Positions 41,454 to 50,574 are shown, counted from the stretch's first letter. The stretch is 64,000 bases of DNA from an uncultured virus (IMG/VR IMGVR_UViG_3300010342_000399) (IMGVR_UViG_3300010342_000399), one strand, 5' to 3'. Translations and numbers: made by a program. The notes: a model not told the origin generated them from the sequence alone.

Positions 41454-42182
41454 TTCAACCCCAAATCCAATTTCAACTTGGATTTCTTCTCCTGATGGGG
41501 TCATTATTTTTTGTGTTAAATCAATTCCAGGTTTATTTTCTATAACATATTTTCGAAAATTTTGTGAATCTACGATTGGCATTTCATGTTCCACAAAATT
41601 GTATATTTCCATTGGATCTCTATTACCATTAATTGATTTAATTAACATTTCAAGTCTTTTTGTAACAATAGGCGCTGTTCCAATTCCATTCCAACTATCT
41701 CTAATTTTAAGAAGTTCCTCTTCTTGTTTTTGAGTTAAAAAATTAAATGTTATATTAATTTGACTTTTCTTTAAAAAATATGGATACTCACCATTATTAT
41801 CAGCGACTAATTTAAAATCTTTTATTTTAAGACGAGATAAATCAACCACAGCATTAAATTTTTCATTTGTTCTAGGATCAGTTAATGTTAAATTATATTC
41901 AGAACCAAAAGCGGTATTCCTTAAAAAAATTAATATCGCTTGTTTATCTTCTTCTAATATATCTTCAACTTTTAAATCTTTATCTAGAATTTTTCTTTTT
42001 AAAATTTCTTCAATAATTTTACCATTTGTTGTTATATTTGGCGATGCTAAAATGTTTTCATCAGCTGCCGTTAAATATGCAACTCTAAGAGAACTTTTTT
42101 TATTAGGATACATAATGCCTCTAGTGGGTAACTCAACTACATCATATGCAATTGTTGAATTAATTTTAAATTCTTCTAACAT
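41427..42182 (-). CDS. Baseplate hub assembly / tail assembly chaperone (T4 gp26-like)
   Basis: VELPTRG.MY, LTAADENIL, DKQAILIFLRNTAFG, PGIDL and a C-terminal EFF. Located between the tube and tape measure genes. Confidence 0.8.
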   Translation of the reverse strand: MLEEFKINSTIAYDVVELPTRGIMYPNKKSSLRVAYLTAADENILASPNITTNGKIIEEILKRKILDKDLKVEDILEEDKQAILIFLRNTAFGSEYNLTLTDPRTNEKFNAVVDLSRLKIKDFKLVADNNGEYPYFLKKSQINITFNFLTQKQEEELLKIRDSWNGIGTAPIVTKRLEMLIKSINGNRDPMEIYNFVEHEMPIVDSQNFRKYVIENKPGIDLTQKIMTPSGEEIQVEIGFGVEFFRPFYGV

Positions 42183-42252
42183 GTCTTTTTATTTTAGGAT
42201 GACAAAATTATTTTAAAATATTTTTTTATAAATCCTTAATATTTAATAAATA

Positions 42253-42741
42253 TTAATATAGCTGAATACAACGATCCATTCGTAATGTTACATCAATTGT
42301 CGCTAAATCATCTCTTGAATAATCTAAGTCTCCAAAATTAAGCCCTGTCATAAATGTACCTTGTAAAAGCCATTTTTCAACCACAACGCCAGTCGGATCT
42401 AACATTTCAAGTTCAACATCTTTTTTATATCCAGCGGCATATCCCATTCTTCCTGTAACAGATTCGGCATGTAAACGCATCCATTCCATAAGTGCTTGTG
42501 ATGCTGATGGGCCGATAGGATCTTTAAATTGAACTCTTAATTCTTCCCAAACAAATCGACCAGCAACATATGTTGATGTATTTAAAAATGGAATTTCAGT
42601 AGAACCAATTTTAGCAATTGGCCTCGATGCTGAATAAACATACCATTCATTTATACCTAATGTTGATGGAAATCTTAAAAGAAATCTATTTTTTCGTTTT
42701 GGCTCGTAAGGTACGGGCATTTTCATTAATAAATCTGCCAT
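42253..42741 (-). CDS. Tail tube protein (T4 gp19-like)
   Basis: EPKRKNRF, YVAGRFVWEEL, EW, YKKDVELEMLDPTGVVVEKWLLQG and GDLDYS. Confidence 0.9.
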   Translation of the reverse strand: MADLLMKMPVPYEPKRKNRFLLRFPSTLGINEWYVYSASRPIAKIGSTEIPFLNTSTYVAGRFVWEELRVQFKDPIGPSASQALMEWMRLHAESVTGRMGYAAGYKKDVELEMLDPTGVVVEKWLLQGTFMTGLNFGDLDYSRDDLATIDVTLRMDRCIQLY

Positions 42742-42900
42742 GTCATATTTATATTTAATTCATTTATTACTTTCTTATAAATATATCAAAATTAAAAAAA
42801 TATTTTTTTTTAAATTTTCGTGAAAAATTACCAGTAAATATTGACCCAATAATTAATATTTCAATAAATACTAGTTGTTAAAAAAAAATATTATATTATA

Positions 42901-42930
42901 TTGACTTTTTCATTTTTTTATTATATTTTG
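42901..42930 (+). promoter_or_regulatory. Putative host-type promoter pointing into the repeat arrays
   Basis: TTG (42901-03), 18 nt, then TATATTTTG (42922-30). This is the same downstream element seen upstream of ssb and the glycosyltransferase. Confidence 0.5.
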
Positions 42931-42945
42931 GTACACAGTACCGGC

Positions 42946-43054
42946 CCAGAAATATTGGACCAGAAATATTGGACCAGAAATATTGGACCAGAAATATTGG
43001 ACCAGAAATATTGGACCAGAAATATTGGACCAGAAATATTGGACCAGAAATATT
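42946..43054. repeat. Tandem array of 14-bp CCAGAAATATTGGA (7 perfect copies plus an 11-bp partial)
   Basis: Read directly from the sequence. Confidence 0.97.
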
Positions 43055-43065
43055 ATAAATAAAGC

Positions 43066-43250
43066 AAAATACTAGAATAAAAGATACTAGAATAAAAGAT
43101 AATAGAATAAAAAATACTAGAATAAAAGATACTAGAACAAAAGATAATAGAATAAAAAATACTAGAATAAAAAATACTAGAATAAAAGATACTATAATAA
43201 AAGATAATAGAATAAAAAATACTAGAATAAAAGATACTAGAATAAAAAAT
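43066..43250. repeat. Tandem array of 15-bp AA(A/G)ATA(C/A)TAGAATAA (12 copies) with a 45-bp higher-order pattern
   Basis: Units occur in the order A B C A B' C A A B'' C A B, where A=AAAATACTAGAATAA, B=AAGATACTAGAATAA and C=AAGATAATAGAATAA. Confidence 0.95.
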
Positions 43251-43257
43251 AGTTATA

Positions 43258-43357
43258 TAGAAAAATGTTTTTCTAATCCATTCTCATCGCTTCACAGACA
43301 TTTACCATAAGTGGTTTTACTATGTCTCCACGACTGTTATTCAGGGCATTAACTCCC
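43258..43357 (-). ncRNA. Putative TnpB omegaRNA scaffold remnant
   Basis: GGG...CCC, then CGTGGAGACAT...ACCA-CTTA-TGGT...ATGTCTGTGAAGCG nested stems. These resemble the GTGGAG...GTGAAGC pattern typical of tnpB 3' ends. Confidence 0.5.
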
Positions 43358-43696
43358 AAAGCGGGTAATCCTATCCTTATGCTCAACGAGTATCTTAGCT
43401 ATATTTTCGTCTGACAAAAGTTGAATCATCTTCTTTCTTTCGTCATTAAGCCCGCTACCACATTCTTCCACTACTTTTGACACAATCCACCCATTAGCAG
43501 AACAAAACTCCTGAACTCTTTTCGACTGTGAGATTAAATTCGACCTATTTTCAGATGACGATACTCTCGCATATACAGCTACAACTTCTTTTTTTTGCGG
43601 TGTATCATCTGGAACAATTATAGTACCACTATTGAACATATTCCATGCAGTCCTATATGTAACTCCTAATTATTTTGTGTATTTACTTAATTTCAT
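43349..43696 (-). pseudogene. tnpA: IS607 serine transposase TnpA pseudogene
   Basis: MKLSKYTK*LGVTYRTAWNMF (MerR-like HTH with an in-frame TAA at codon 9), VYARVSS, EECGSGLN and VEHKDRITRFG, followed by a premature stop. The C-terminus is missing. Confidence 0.9.
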
Positions 43697-43700
43697 AATG

Positions 43701-43731
43701 CAAAGATAGTATATTTTTCTATATAAGCAAA
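43701..43731 (-). promoter_or_regulatory. Bacteroidetes-type promoter of IS607 tnpA
   Basis: Minus strand TTTG-N19-TATCTTTG, an exact match to the Bacteroides -33/-7 consensus, just upstream of the tnpA ATG. Confidence 0.75.
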
Positions 43732-43771
43732 TAATTTACTATAAATCTATATTATGTTTTGAATACTGGAC

Positions 43772-43802
43772 AAAAAAAAGGTAGGAATCCCTACCTTTTT
43801 TT
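43772..43802. terminator. Bidirectional intrinsic terminator after the sheath gene
   Basis: A run, GGTAGG-aatc-CCTACC, then a T run. Confidence 0.85.
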
Positions 43803-43816
43803 ATTTTCACTAAGTA

Positions 43817-46666
43817 TTAAATATTCTCAAATGATGCGCCAGTTGGTGTAATTATAAATTCGATATCAATAAATTCTAATGATCTTGTTGGTTTAATATA
43901 AATTTTACCTCTAAGAGTATTTTGATCTATATCTTCTGGATCATTTGATACAACAAGACGGAAGTCATAAAGTCCTCTTTCTTTTTTAATATTTTCAAGT
44001 ATTGGATTAACAAGTCTTGTAAATTCTGCTCGTACTTGTTCATCATTCTGTTCAAAAAGCAATCTCACAGCCACTGCGGCAATAAGTTTTCTTGCTCTTA
44101 ATAATAATCTTCTTACATTGATTCTATCAAGGGCACTTTCTTTTAGTTGGAGTGTTTTATTACCCCAAATAATTGGACCAGTATCAGCAAACGTCGCAAT
44201 TGGATTAATCCTTTCTCTATATAAATCATCTCTTTCATCAAGTGTAAGTTTCTTATATGCCTTAATTGCATTAACAATACCTCTAGAATATCCAGCTACA
44301 GCAAACCAGGGATATGAAACATTATCTGTTAAAGCAATATTTCTTAAAACTTCTCCAGTTGGCGGAATATAAAGTTGTGTTGAATTTTCATTATCTCTAA
44401 TTTGTATCCAGGGCCAATATGTGGCTGAATAGTTTGAATCAAGATTTACGGTATCGAGAAGTCCAATAATATCATCTACTGTAGTTGCATAACCCGGTGC
44501 TGATATTATATACAGTGAATCTGCTCGATCTTTTTCAACCATATCAATAGATTCTTCGGTTAATGATGAATGATCATAAAAATTTATTCCGGGTGTTGCA
44601 AAAATATTAATGTCAACAGCTTCAGCATTAGCGAATGTTTGTATACCTGTTAAATATGCGTAATAATCTGAATTACCAACTGTGTCATTAAAACATCCGC
44701 CATTACTAAAATTATTATCATCATATGTAATTTTACCAAATTTATATTCATCACCAAATGTTCTAACATTTCGGTAAATATCCCATCCATCAAACCCACC
44801 CGCTAGAGCAAGTGTGAATTTACGATAGATTTTATCTTTTAATTTATTGTTATCACCGCCAGTTTGTCCTTCTAAATCATATGGTGTACAATCAAATTCA
44901 AATCCAGTAATTGTTGAGCCAGTTATAGTAGATGCTTGAGATGATAGATGAAATCCTGGTGTTGTTGTTAAAGATGCTAGTTGTTCAGGATCTCCTTTAT
45001 ATTTGAATAAACTTAAATCATATCCTGTTTGATTTGATAATCCTAACATAACTTTTCTAAGTTTATCTCCAGAAAAATCAACAGGTGTTCCATCCCAATT
45101 ATATCTAACTATATCTCCAGCATTATAATATTTTGTCTTATATTTAATTCCGCCTAATACTGCTCCACCATTAAGTGAACCAGCTGTAAATCCTCTAAAT
45201 CCTGCAGGAATTGCATCAACAGGATGATCATTAGACATTTCAAGCATAATATATTTTGATCTAAGTTTATATTGTCCATCTGTAGTACCAATTCTTAATG
45301 CAACGTAGCCAGGTAAATCTGGATTCATTGAACATCTTGAGAATCTTTCAAGTGCAACAATATTATCATCAGTATCATAAAAATCACGTACTAAGATATC
45401 AAATTCAGCTGTTTCAAGATCGATATTTACTATACTTATTTTAATTTGTGTGTTCGATGCATCACCATCAGAAATAGATATAACTCTGAATAAGTCAGCA
45501 ACAATTCCGCCACGTACTTCAGAGACCACATATGGAGATGCTGATGTTTTCCATTCAGTTAAAAAGTCTTTATTAACATTATGTACAACTGGTGTAAGAC
45601 TTAATCCTCTTATTAATCCACGATCTTTTAATGATCGAACCAAATTTGGATATGATTCAAAGACATAAAGTGGATATTGTTCTTCATTTTTATCAAATAC
45701 CCCGGTTCCTAATACCTTAGAAATATATTTAGTTGAAGAATCATTTAAAGAACATATAAATGAATGTGTTTGCCCGCTTTCACCATCTGTTGTAACAGTA
45801 ATTGTAAATTCGCCAAAAGGATTTGTTAAAATTGTTTCACTATTTAATGTTACTCCAGTTTGGGTAGTTATTTGTAAATTTAATTTCGAATGAACGTATG
45901 AACCTCGTGATCTAAGAGCAGCAACTGCAATTTTATCATATGTTTTTTCTGCAACATCATATGTAAATCTAGTTACGTTAAATTCTCCTGAAGATTCGGA
46001 ATATACGAACAAATATGAATAAATTTCATTGTCATTTTCATTATAAAAATTATTATACCAAGCAAAGTTAGTAACATCTCCAATTGGACCGGTAATTTTT
46101 AAAGATGCAGTTAATTCTGATGTGGCAGATGATGGAACAAATCCTATGGTAAACCATTCACCATTAGCATATGATTTTTTGATTATATAATTAGTAACTG
46201 AAAAACCATCTACTGCAGTTTTACCTGATAATTCAGAATAAAAACTACTTTGTGTCATACCAGTTAATGTGGGTATAAAAGAATTATTATCTTCATCAGG
46301 AACTGATGTTGAATCAAAAACAGGTGCACCTAATGTTACAATACCATAAGTTTTATCAGGTCTATATCCTGTTAAACCAAGTATTCTTGTCACAAATAAT
46401 TGATTAGATTCTTGTAAGTATGATTTGGCAAAATAAGGAAGTTCATATGATGGATTTCCATTACCATCTTTTTTCGGTGATGTTGATCCAAAATATGTAC
46501 GAAACTCATTAAAATTTGTTATCAGAACAGGTTCAAATGCAGGACCCTTTAATGTTTCACCTACCATACCTAATGTTGTTACGCCAACACTTTGCGCTAC
46601 GAATGTTAAATCTTTCTCAGATGTGTATACACCCGGAGAAACAAAAACTCTATTTGATGTTGCCAT
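43817..46666 (-). CDS. Contractile tail sheath protein (T4 gp18-like)
   Basis: FVSPGVYTSEKD, GETLKGP, YSATYWPW, PWFAVAGYSRG, INPIATF, WGNKTLQ, LDRINVRRLL and IKPTRSLEFI. Confidence 0.95.
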   Translation of the reverse strand: MATSNRVFVSPGVYTSEKDLTFVAQSVGVTTLGMVGETLKGPAFEPVLITNFNEFRTYFGSTSPKKDGNGNPSYELPYFAKSYLQESNQLFVTRILGLTGYRPDKTYGIVTLGAPVFDSTSVPDEDNNSFIPTLTGMTQSSFYSELSGKTAVDGFSVTNYIIKKSYANGEWFTIGFVPSSATSELTASLKITGPIGDVTNFAWYNNFYNENDNEIYSYLFVYSESSGEFNVTRFTYDVAEKTYDKIAVAALRSRGSYVHSKLNLQITTQTGVTLNSETILTNPFGEFTITVTTDGESGQTHSFICSLNDSSTKYISKVLGTGVFDKNEEQYPLYVFESYPNLVRSLKDRGLIRGLSLTPVVHNVNKDFLTEWKTSASPYVVSEVRGGIVADLFRVISISDGDASNTQIKISIVNIDLETAEFDILVRDFYDTDDNIVALERFSRCSMNPDLPGYVALRIGTTDGQYKLRSKYIMLEMSNDHPVDAIPAGFRGFTAGSLNGGAVLGGIKYKTKYYNAGDIVRYNWDGTPVDFSGDKLRKVMLGLSNQTGYDLSLFKYKGDPEQLASLTTTPGFHLSSQASTITGSTITGFEFDCTPYDLEGQTGGDNNKLKDKIYRKFTLALAGGFDGWDIYRNVRTFGDEYKFGKITYDDNNFSNGGCFNDTVGNSDYYAYLTGIQTFANAEAVDINIFATPGINFYDHSSLTEESIDMVEKDRADSLYIISAPGYATTVDDIIGLLDTVNLDSNYSATYWPWIQIRDNENSTQLYIPPTGEVLRNIALTDNVSYPWFAVAGYSRGIVNAIKAYKKLTLDERDDLYRERINPIATFADTGPIIWGNKTLQLKESALDRINVRRLLLRARKLIAAVAVRLLFEQNDEQVRAEFTRLVNPILENIKKERGLYDFRLVVSNDPEDIDQNTLRGKIYIKPTRSLEFIDIEFIITPTGASFENI

Positions 46667-46797
46667 TGATTATTATTTAGTTAATTTTATTTATTATTGT
46701 TATTATCAATAAATATCTTTATTTTCATCAAAGATTTCCATTATAAAAAATTAAAAGATAATAATTTATCTTTTTTTATCTATATTTATCTTATGAA

Positions 46798-46983
46798 ATG
46801 ACGAGGGATTGTAAAAATATTAAAATCAGTCAAAAACATCATGAAATTTTAAAAACCTATTGCGATAAAACCGGAATGAGAATGTATCGCGTAATAGAAA
46901 AATGGATTGATGAGATTAATAAAGGGAAAAAAGATGATAATATTAAATCAAAGAAAAAAGATATCTATGGTGAAGATACGTAA
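46798..46983 (+). CDS. Small ribbon-helix-helix-like DNA-binding protein
   Basis: KNIKIS (beta strand) followed by HEILKTYCDKTG and MYRVIEKWID (two helices). Divergent from the sheath gene. Confidence 0.6.
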   Translation: MTRDCKNIKISQKHHEILKTYCDKTGMRMYRVIEKWIDEINKGKKDDNIKSKKKDIYGEDT

Positions 46984-46984
46984 A

Positions 46985-48235
46985 TTAAATTAAATAAACA
47001 ATACCAATATTAGAACCCACTACTGGTTCATATTTATATGTCACATCTTTACCACTCCAAGTAAATCCATTATTTTCTTCTTCCACAAGCCCATTTGTTT
47101 CAACATATATAATATCTACAATATCATGTTCTACTGTAAAAGTTAATGATGAGCCATCATAAACAAAATATTCATTTTTAATATGAAGTATTCGTCCATA
47201 AGAATCCTGAAAAACGCCACCTTTTCCTGCAAAATATAAAACTGTTATATTACTCCCTGGTGCGGGTGGTGTTACAAACGTAATTCTAGATGTACCATTT
47301 ATCCAATAATATCCAATATCTTTTTGTTCTACAAGACCATTAATAGCAACGAAAAATAAATAACTAATACTTTCTCCAACATTAAATGTTGTTTGTACGC
47401 CATTACCAACAAATGTAGCTGTTGTAATATCAATTGATTTACCAGCTATTTTTTTGGCAACATTTTTTTGTCCCATAAATTCGTGCATTAATATCATTCT
47501 AGCTATTGCTGGTTTTACTTCAAATTCTTCAGAATCAATTAAGAATCCTAATAATGTGAAATCATATGTTTGTAAATAAAATCTACGATTTTCTAAATTA
47601 TCAATAGGTGAATTATCACTAATATTATTTAAAATAATTGGAATATAGTGTCCTTTTACAACAGTATAAGATTGTCTAGAAGCAAATTTTTGTAAAACAA
47701 TTTTATTAAACTTATTAAGATCTCTAAATTTTTGACAAACAAATATAACTTCATATCCGATATCAATGGGAACTGGTTGTGGTATTTTATATACATCAGC
47801 ACCATTCATATGACCATCCCAAGTTTTAACAGCAGCATAATGAAAATTTCGCCTATCAGGAATAGTTTTTTGTATCATAGGGTGGGTACCAGGTTGAACA
47901 TCTGGTTTTCTTACAACACCAATAAAGGGAACTTTCATATTGCCATCTTCATCTGAAAATGTCCATGTATTAGAAATTTCTGACCATCGTTGTATTGTTA
48001 ATATCTTAGGAATTACTGGAATTTTATTACCATCTGATACTACATTTAAATAAGTATTAACAAATTCTAACATTCCTTTATCCAAATCATCATGTAAAAT
48101 ATCATCTGGTAAATACGTATCAGATTTTATTATTTTATCAAGTAATTCCTGTCGTCTTTCTAATCCTTCTTTAGACGATGGTTCAGTACCAACTTGTCTA
48201 TAAACATTTATATTATTTTTTTTAGGTAATGACAT
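46985..48235 (-). CDS. Tail terminator / sheath stabilizer (gp15-like) with two C-terminal beta-rich modules
   Basis: IPQPVPIDIGYEV...LNKFN. The C-terminal G(N/D)G...F...V.INGLVE...I...Y module is repeated twice. Located between the neck and sheath genes. Confidence 0.65.
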   Translation of the reverse strand: MSLPKKNNINVYRQVGTEPSSKEGLERRQELLDKIIKSDTYLPDDILHDDLDKGMLEFVNTYLNVVSDGNKIPVIPKILTIQRWSEISNTWTFSDEDGNMKVPFIGVVRKPDVQPGTHPMIQKTIPDRRNFHYAAVKTWDGHMNGADVYKIPQPVPIDIGYEVIFVCQKFRDLNKFNKIVLQKFASRQSYTVVKGHYIPIILNNISDNSPIDNLENRRFYLQTYDFTLLGFLIDSEEFEVKPAIARMILMHEFMGQKNVAKKIAGKSIDITTATFVGNGVQTTFNVGESISYLFFVAINGLVEQKDIGYYWINGTSRITFVTPPAPGSNITVLYFAGKGGVFQDSYGRILHIKNEYFVYDGSSLTFTVEHDIVDIIYVETNGLVEEENNGFTWSGKDVTYKYEPVVGSNIGIVYLI

Positions 48236-48236
48236 A

Positions 48237-48752
48237 TTATATTCCTTTAAATTCGTTTTCTTGTACTGGTGAACATATTATTGTTCTATATGATGGTTTG
48301 TATCCAAAATGATGATGTTTATTATCGGCATTAACTTTACCATCATTAATAACATTATAATATCTAATTCTTTTTTCACTATCAGCATATCCAATATAAT
48401 CACCAAATTTTATATCTACTCCCAGATCTTCTAATGTTTTTGTGTAAACAGAAACAATCATATTTCCTGGTTCAAGGTATCTTAATAAGCCAGTTTTATA
48501 TGATTTATTTTCAGCTAGAACAACATGTACAAGAGCATTAATTTCAATTGGCGGTTTAAATTTAATTTCATCTCTTCCAATTTCACCATATATATCATCA
48601 GTATCTGTTATAACCCTATCAACTTGATAAAGAACTATTTTCATATTCAGATCACCATGTAAATATTCCATACCCATTTGTATATGTAAATTATAGTCAT
48701 CTTCAGAAAAGAATTTTGATAATCTTGTTATAGGAAGTCGATTTTCCGCCAT
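48237..48752 (-). CDS. Neck / head-closure protein (gp14-like)
   Basis: DDIYGE...F.PPIEI and LEDLGVDIKFGDYI, plus genomic position. Confidence 0.65.
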   Translation of the reverse strand: MAENRLPITRLSKFFSEDDYNLHIQMGMEYLHGDLNMKIVLYQVDRVITDTDDIYGEIGRDEIKFKPPIEINALVHVVLAENKSYKTGLLRYLEPGNMIVSVYTKTLEDLGVDIKFGDYIGYADSEKRIRYYNVINDGKVNADNKHHHFGYKPSYRTIICSPVQENEFKGI

Positions 48753-48828
48753 TATAATATTTCATTATTATATAATAAATACTTTATATTTCTTTTCTAT
48801 TTATGTATATTATAAAATATTAATAAAC

Positions 48829-50574
48829 ATGGCAATACTCGAAATTGAAGCAAGAAACATTCTATCAGGATATACCGGTGCCAATAATCAGTTGATAGAA
48901 TGGAAAATGAAGCTTTTAACAACAAAAAATTTTAAATTAACTCGAACACAATCAGAATACGTTTTAAAATATTATCAGACAATACCAAAAGTTGCTAGAA
49001 AATATATAAACATTGTTATTTCATTTGGTGAAAGACTTCAAGAAGAAAAATTATTACCAAAACCAGTTGAAAAAATATGGTGTGAAAAACTTTTATGTGA
49101 AACTGATAAAGCATACCATATTTGGGGTAAATTTTTTGATTCCGAGAGGCTTCATGCATTTTGGTTACCTAAAGGGGCAATTTTAAGGCCAGAAAAGAAA
49201 TTGGATTATATTATTGATTATTCCAAATATAATGTTCGGCCACCATTTCCACATCAAAAAGTTGCTATAGAAAAACTTTTAGCAAATGACAGATTTATTT
49301 TAGCTGATGATATGGGATTAATGAAAACAGGTTCATCAATTATTGCATCGTTAGAAAGTGGTGCAAAGAAAATTCTTATTGTGTGCCCCGCATCACTTAA
49401 AAGAAATTGGAAAAGAGAAATAGAAATTTATACTAACAAAAGAGTATTAATAGTTGAAGGAAGAAAATGGGGTTCTACATTTGATTATTATATTATTAAT
49501 TATGATATATTAAAAAATTATCATGTTATTGATAAAAAAAATGAAAGTTTAAATGATAATTTAATTAAAAATGAAAATTTTGACTTAGCAATAATTGATG
49601 AGTCTCATTATCTTAGTAATATTTCTGCAAATAGAACAAAACTCATGAATGATATTCTTAAAACCATACCCAAAGTTTGGTTATTAACTGGTACACCAAT
49701 AACAAATCATCCAATTAATTATTATAATCTATTAAAAATTGTTGATTCACCTGTGGCTCTGAATTGGCAACATTATGTAAAGAGATACTGTAGGGGATAT
49801 AGAATGAAAATTGGTAATAGAACTATATGGAATACTAGTGGAGCATCTAATCTTGATGAGTTAAGAGAGAGGACAAAAGATATATTATTACGAAGATTAA
49901 AAACAGATATACTTGATTTACCAGAAAAAATCGTATCAACAATTCAATTAGAACTTCAAAGCACATATTACAATGAAGAACTAGATGAATTTATGAAAAT
50001 TACCAAAGAACAGAAAGATCATGAAAGTATTACTATAACTATTAATAGACTTATGAAGGTGAGACAAGTAATCGCATATGAAAAAATACCATATACTTGT
50101 GAATTAATAGATAAAGCATTAGAAATGGACAAAAAAGTTATTGTTTTCAGTAATTTTACAATGCCATTAGATACGTTATATGAAAAATATCCAAAAAAAT
50201 CTGTAATTTTTGATGGTAGAATGAACTCAGAGAAAAAAAATCAAGCTGAAATTAAATTTCAGAACGATCCTAAAATAAAAATAATGTTTGCAAATATTGT
50301 AGCCGGCGGATTAGGTTTAAATTTAACCGCTGCCGAAATTGTTATTATGAATGATTTATCTTTTGTACCATCACACCATACCCAAGCTGAAGATCGTGCA
50401 TATAGACATGGACAGATAAAAAATGTTATTGTTTATTATCCATTATTTGAAAATACAATTGAACAAATAGTTTATAATATTCTTAATAGGAAGAAAAATA
50501 ATATTGATCAAGTCATGGGTGATGGTGAATATTCTGAAACTTTTGCAAAAGAACTAATTAATCAATTGATTTAA
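48829..50574 (+). CDS. SNF2-family helicase/translocase (HARP/SMARCAL1-like)
   Basis: PFPHQ, LADDMGLMKT, VCPASL, INYD, DESH, LTGTP, GLGLNLTAA and QAEDRAYRHGQ. Confidence 0.92.
   Translation: MAILEIEARNILSGYTGANNQLIEWKMKLLTTKNFKLTRTQSEYVLKYYQTIPKVARKYINIVISFGERLQEEKLLPKPVEKIWCEKLLCETDKAYHIWGKFFDSERLHAFWLPKGAILRPEKKLDYIIDYSKYNVRPPFPHQKVAIEKLLANDRFILADDMGLMKTGSSIIASLESGAKKILIVCPASLKRNWKREIEIYTNKRVLIVEGRKWGSTFDYYIINYDILKNYHVIDKKNESLNDNLIKNENFDLAIIDESHYLSNISANRTKLMNDILKTIPKVWLLTGTPITNHPINYYNLLKIVDSPVALNWQHYVKRYCRGYRMKIGNRTIWNTSGASNLDELRERTKDILLRRLKTDILDLPEKIVSTIQLELQSTYYNEELDEFMKITKEQKDHESITITINRLMKVRQVIAYEKIPYTCELIDKALEMDKKVIVFSNFTMPLDTLYEKYPKKSVIFDGRMNSEKKNQAEIKFQNDPKIKIMFANIVAGGLGLNLTAAEIVIMNDLSFVPSHHTQAEDRAYRHGQIKNVIVYYPLFENTIEQIVYNILNRKKNNIDQVMGDGEYSETFAKELINQLI

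Larger units (their letters stand above)
43253..43770 (-). mobile_element. Internally deleted IS607-family element
   Basis: Contains a tnpA remnant and a tnpB-3'-end/omegaRNA-like segment. A 14-bp inverted repeat TTATATAGAAAAAT sits at 43253-43266 and 43713-43726. The exact ends are uncertain. Confidence 0.8.

Noticed and set aside
42946..43250. CRISPR array
   Set aside because: The units are directly contiguous 14- and 15-bp repeats with no unique spacers, and there are no cas genes.
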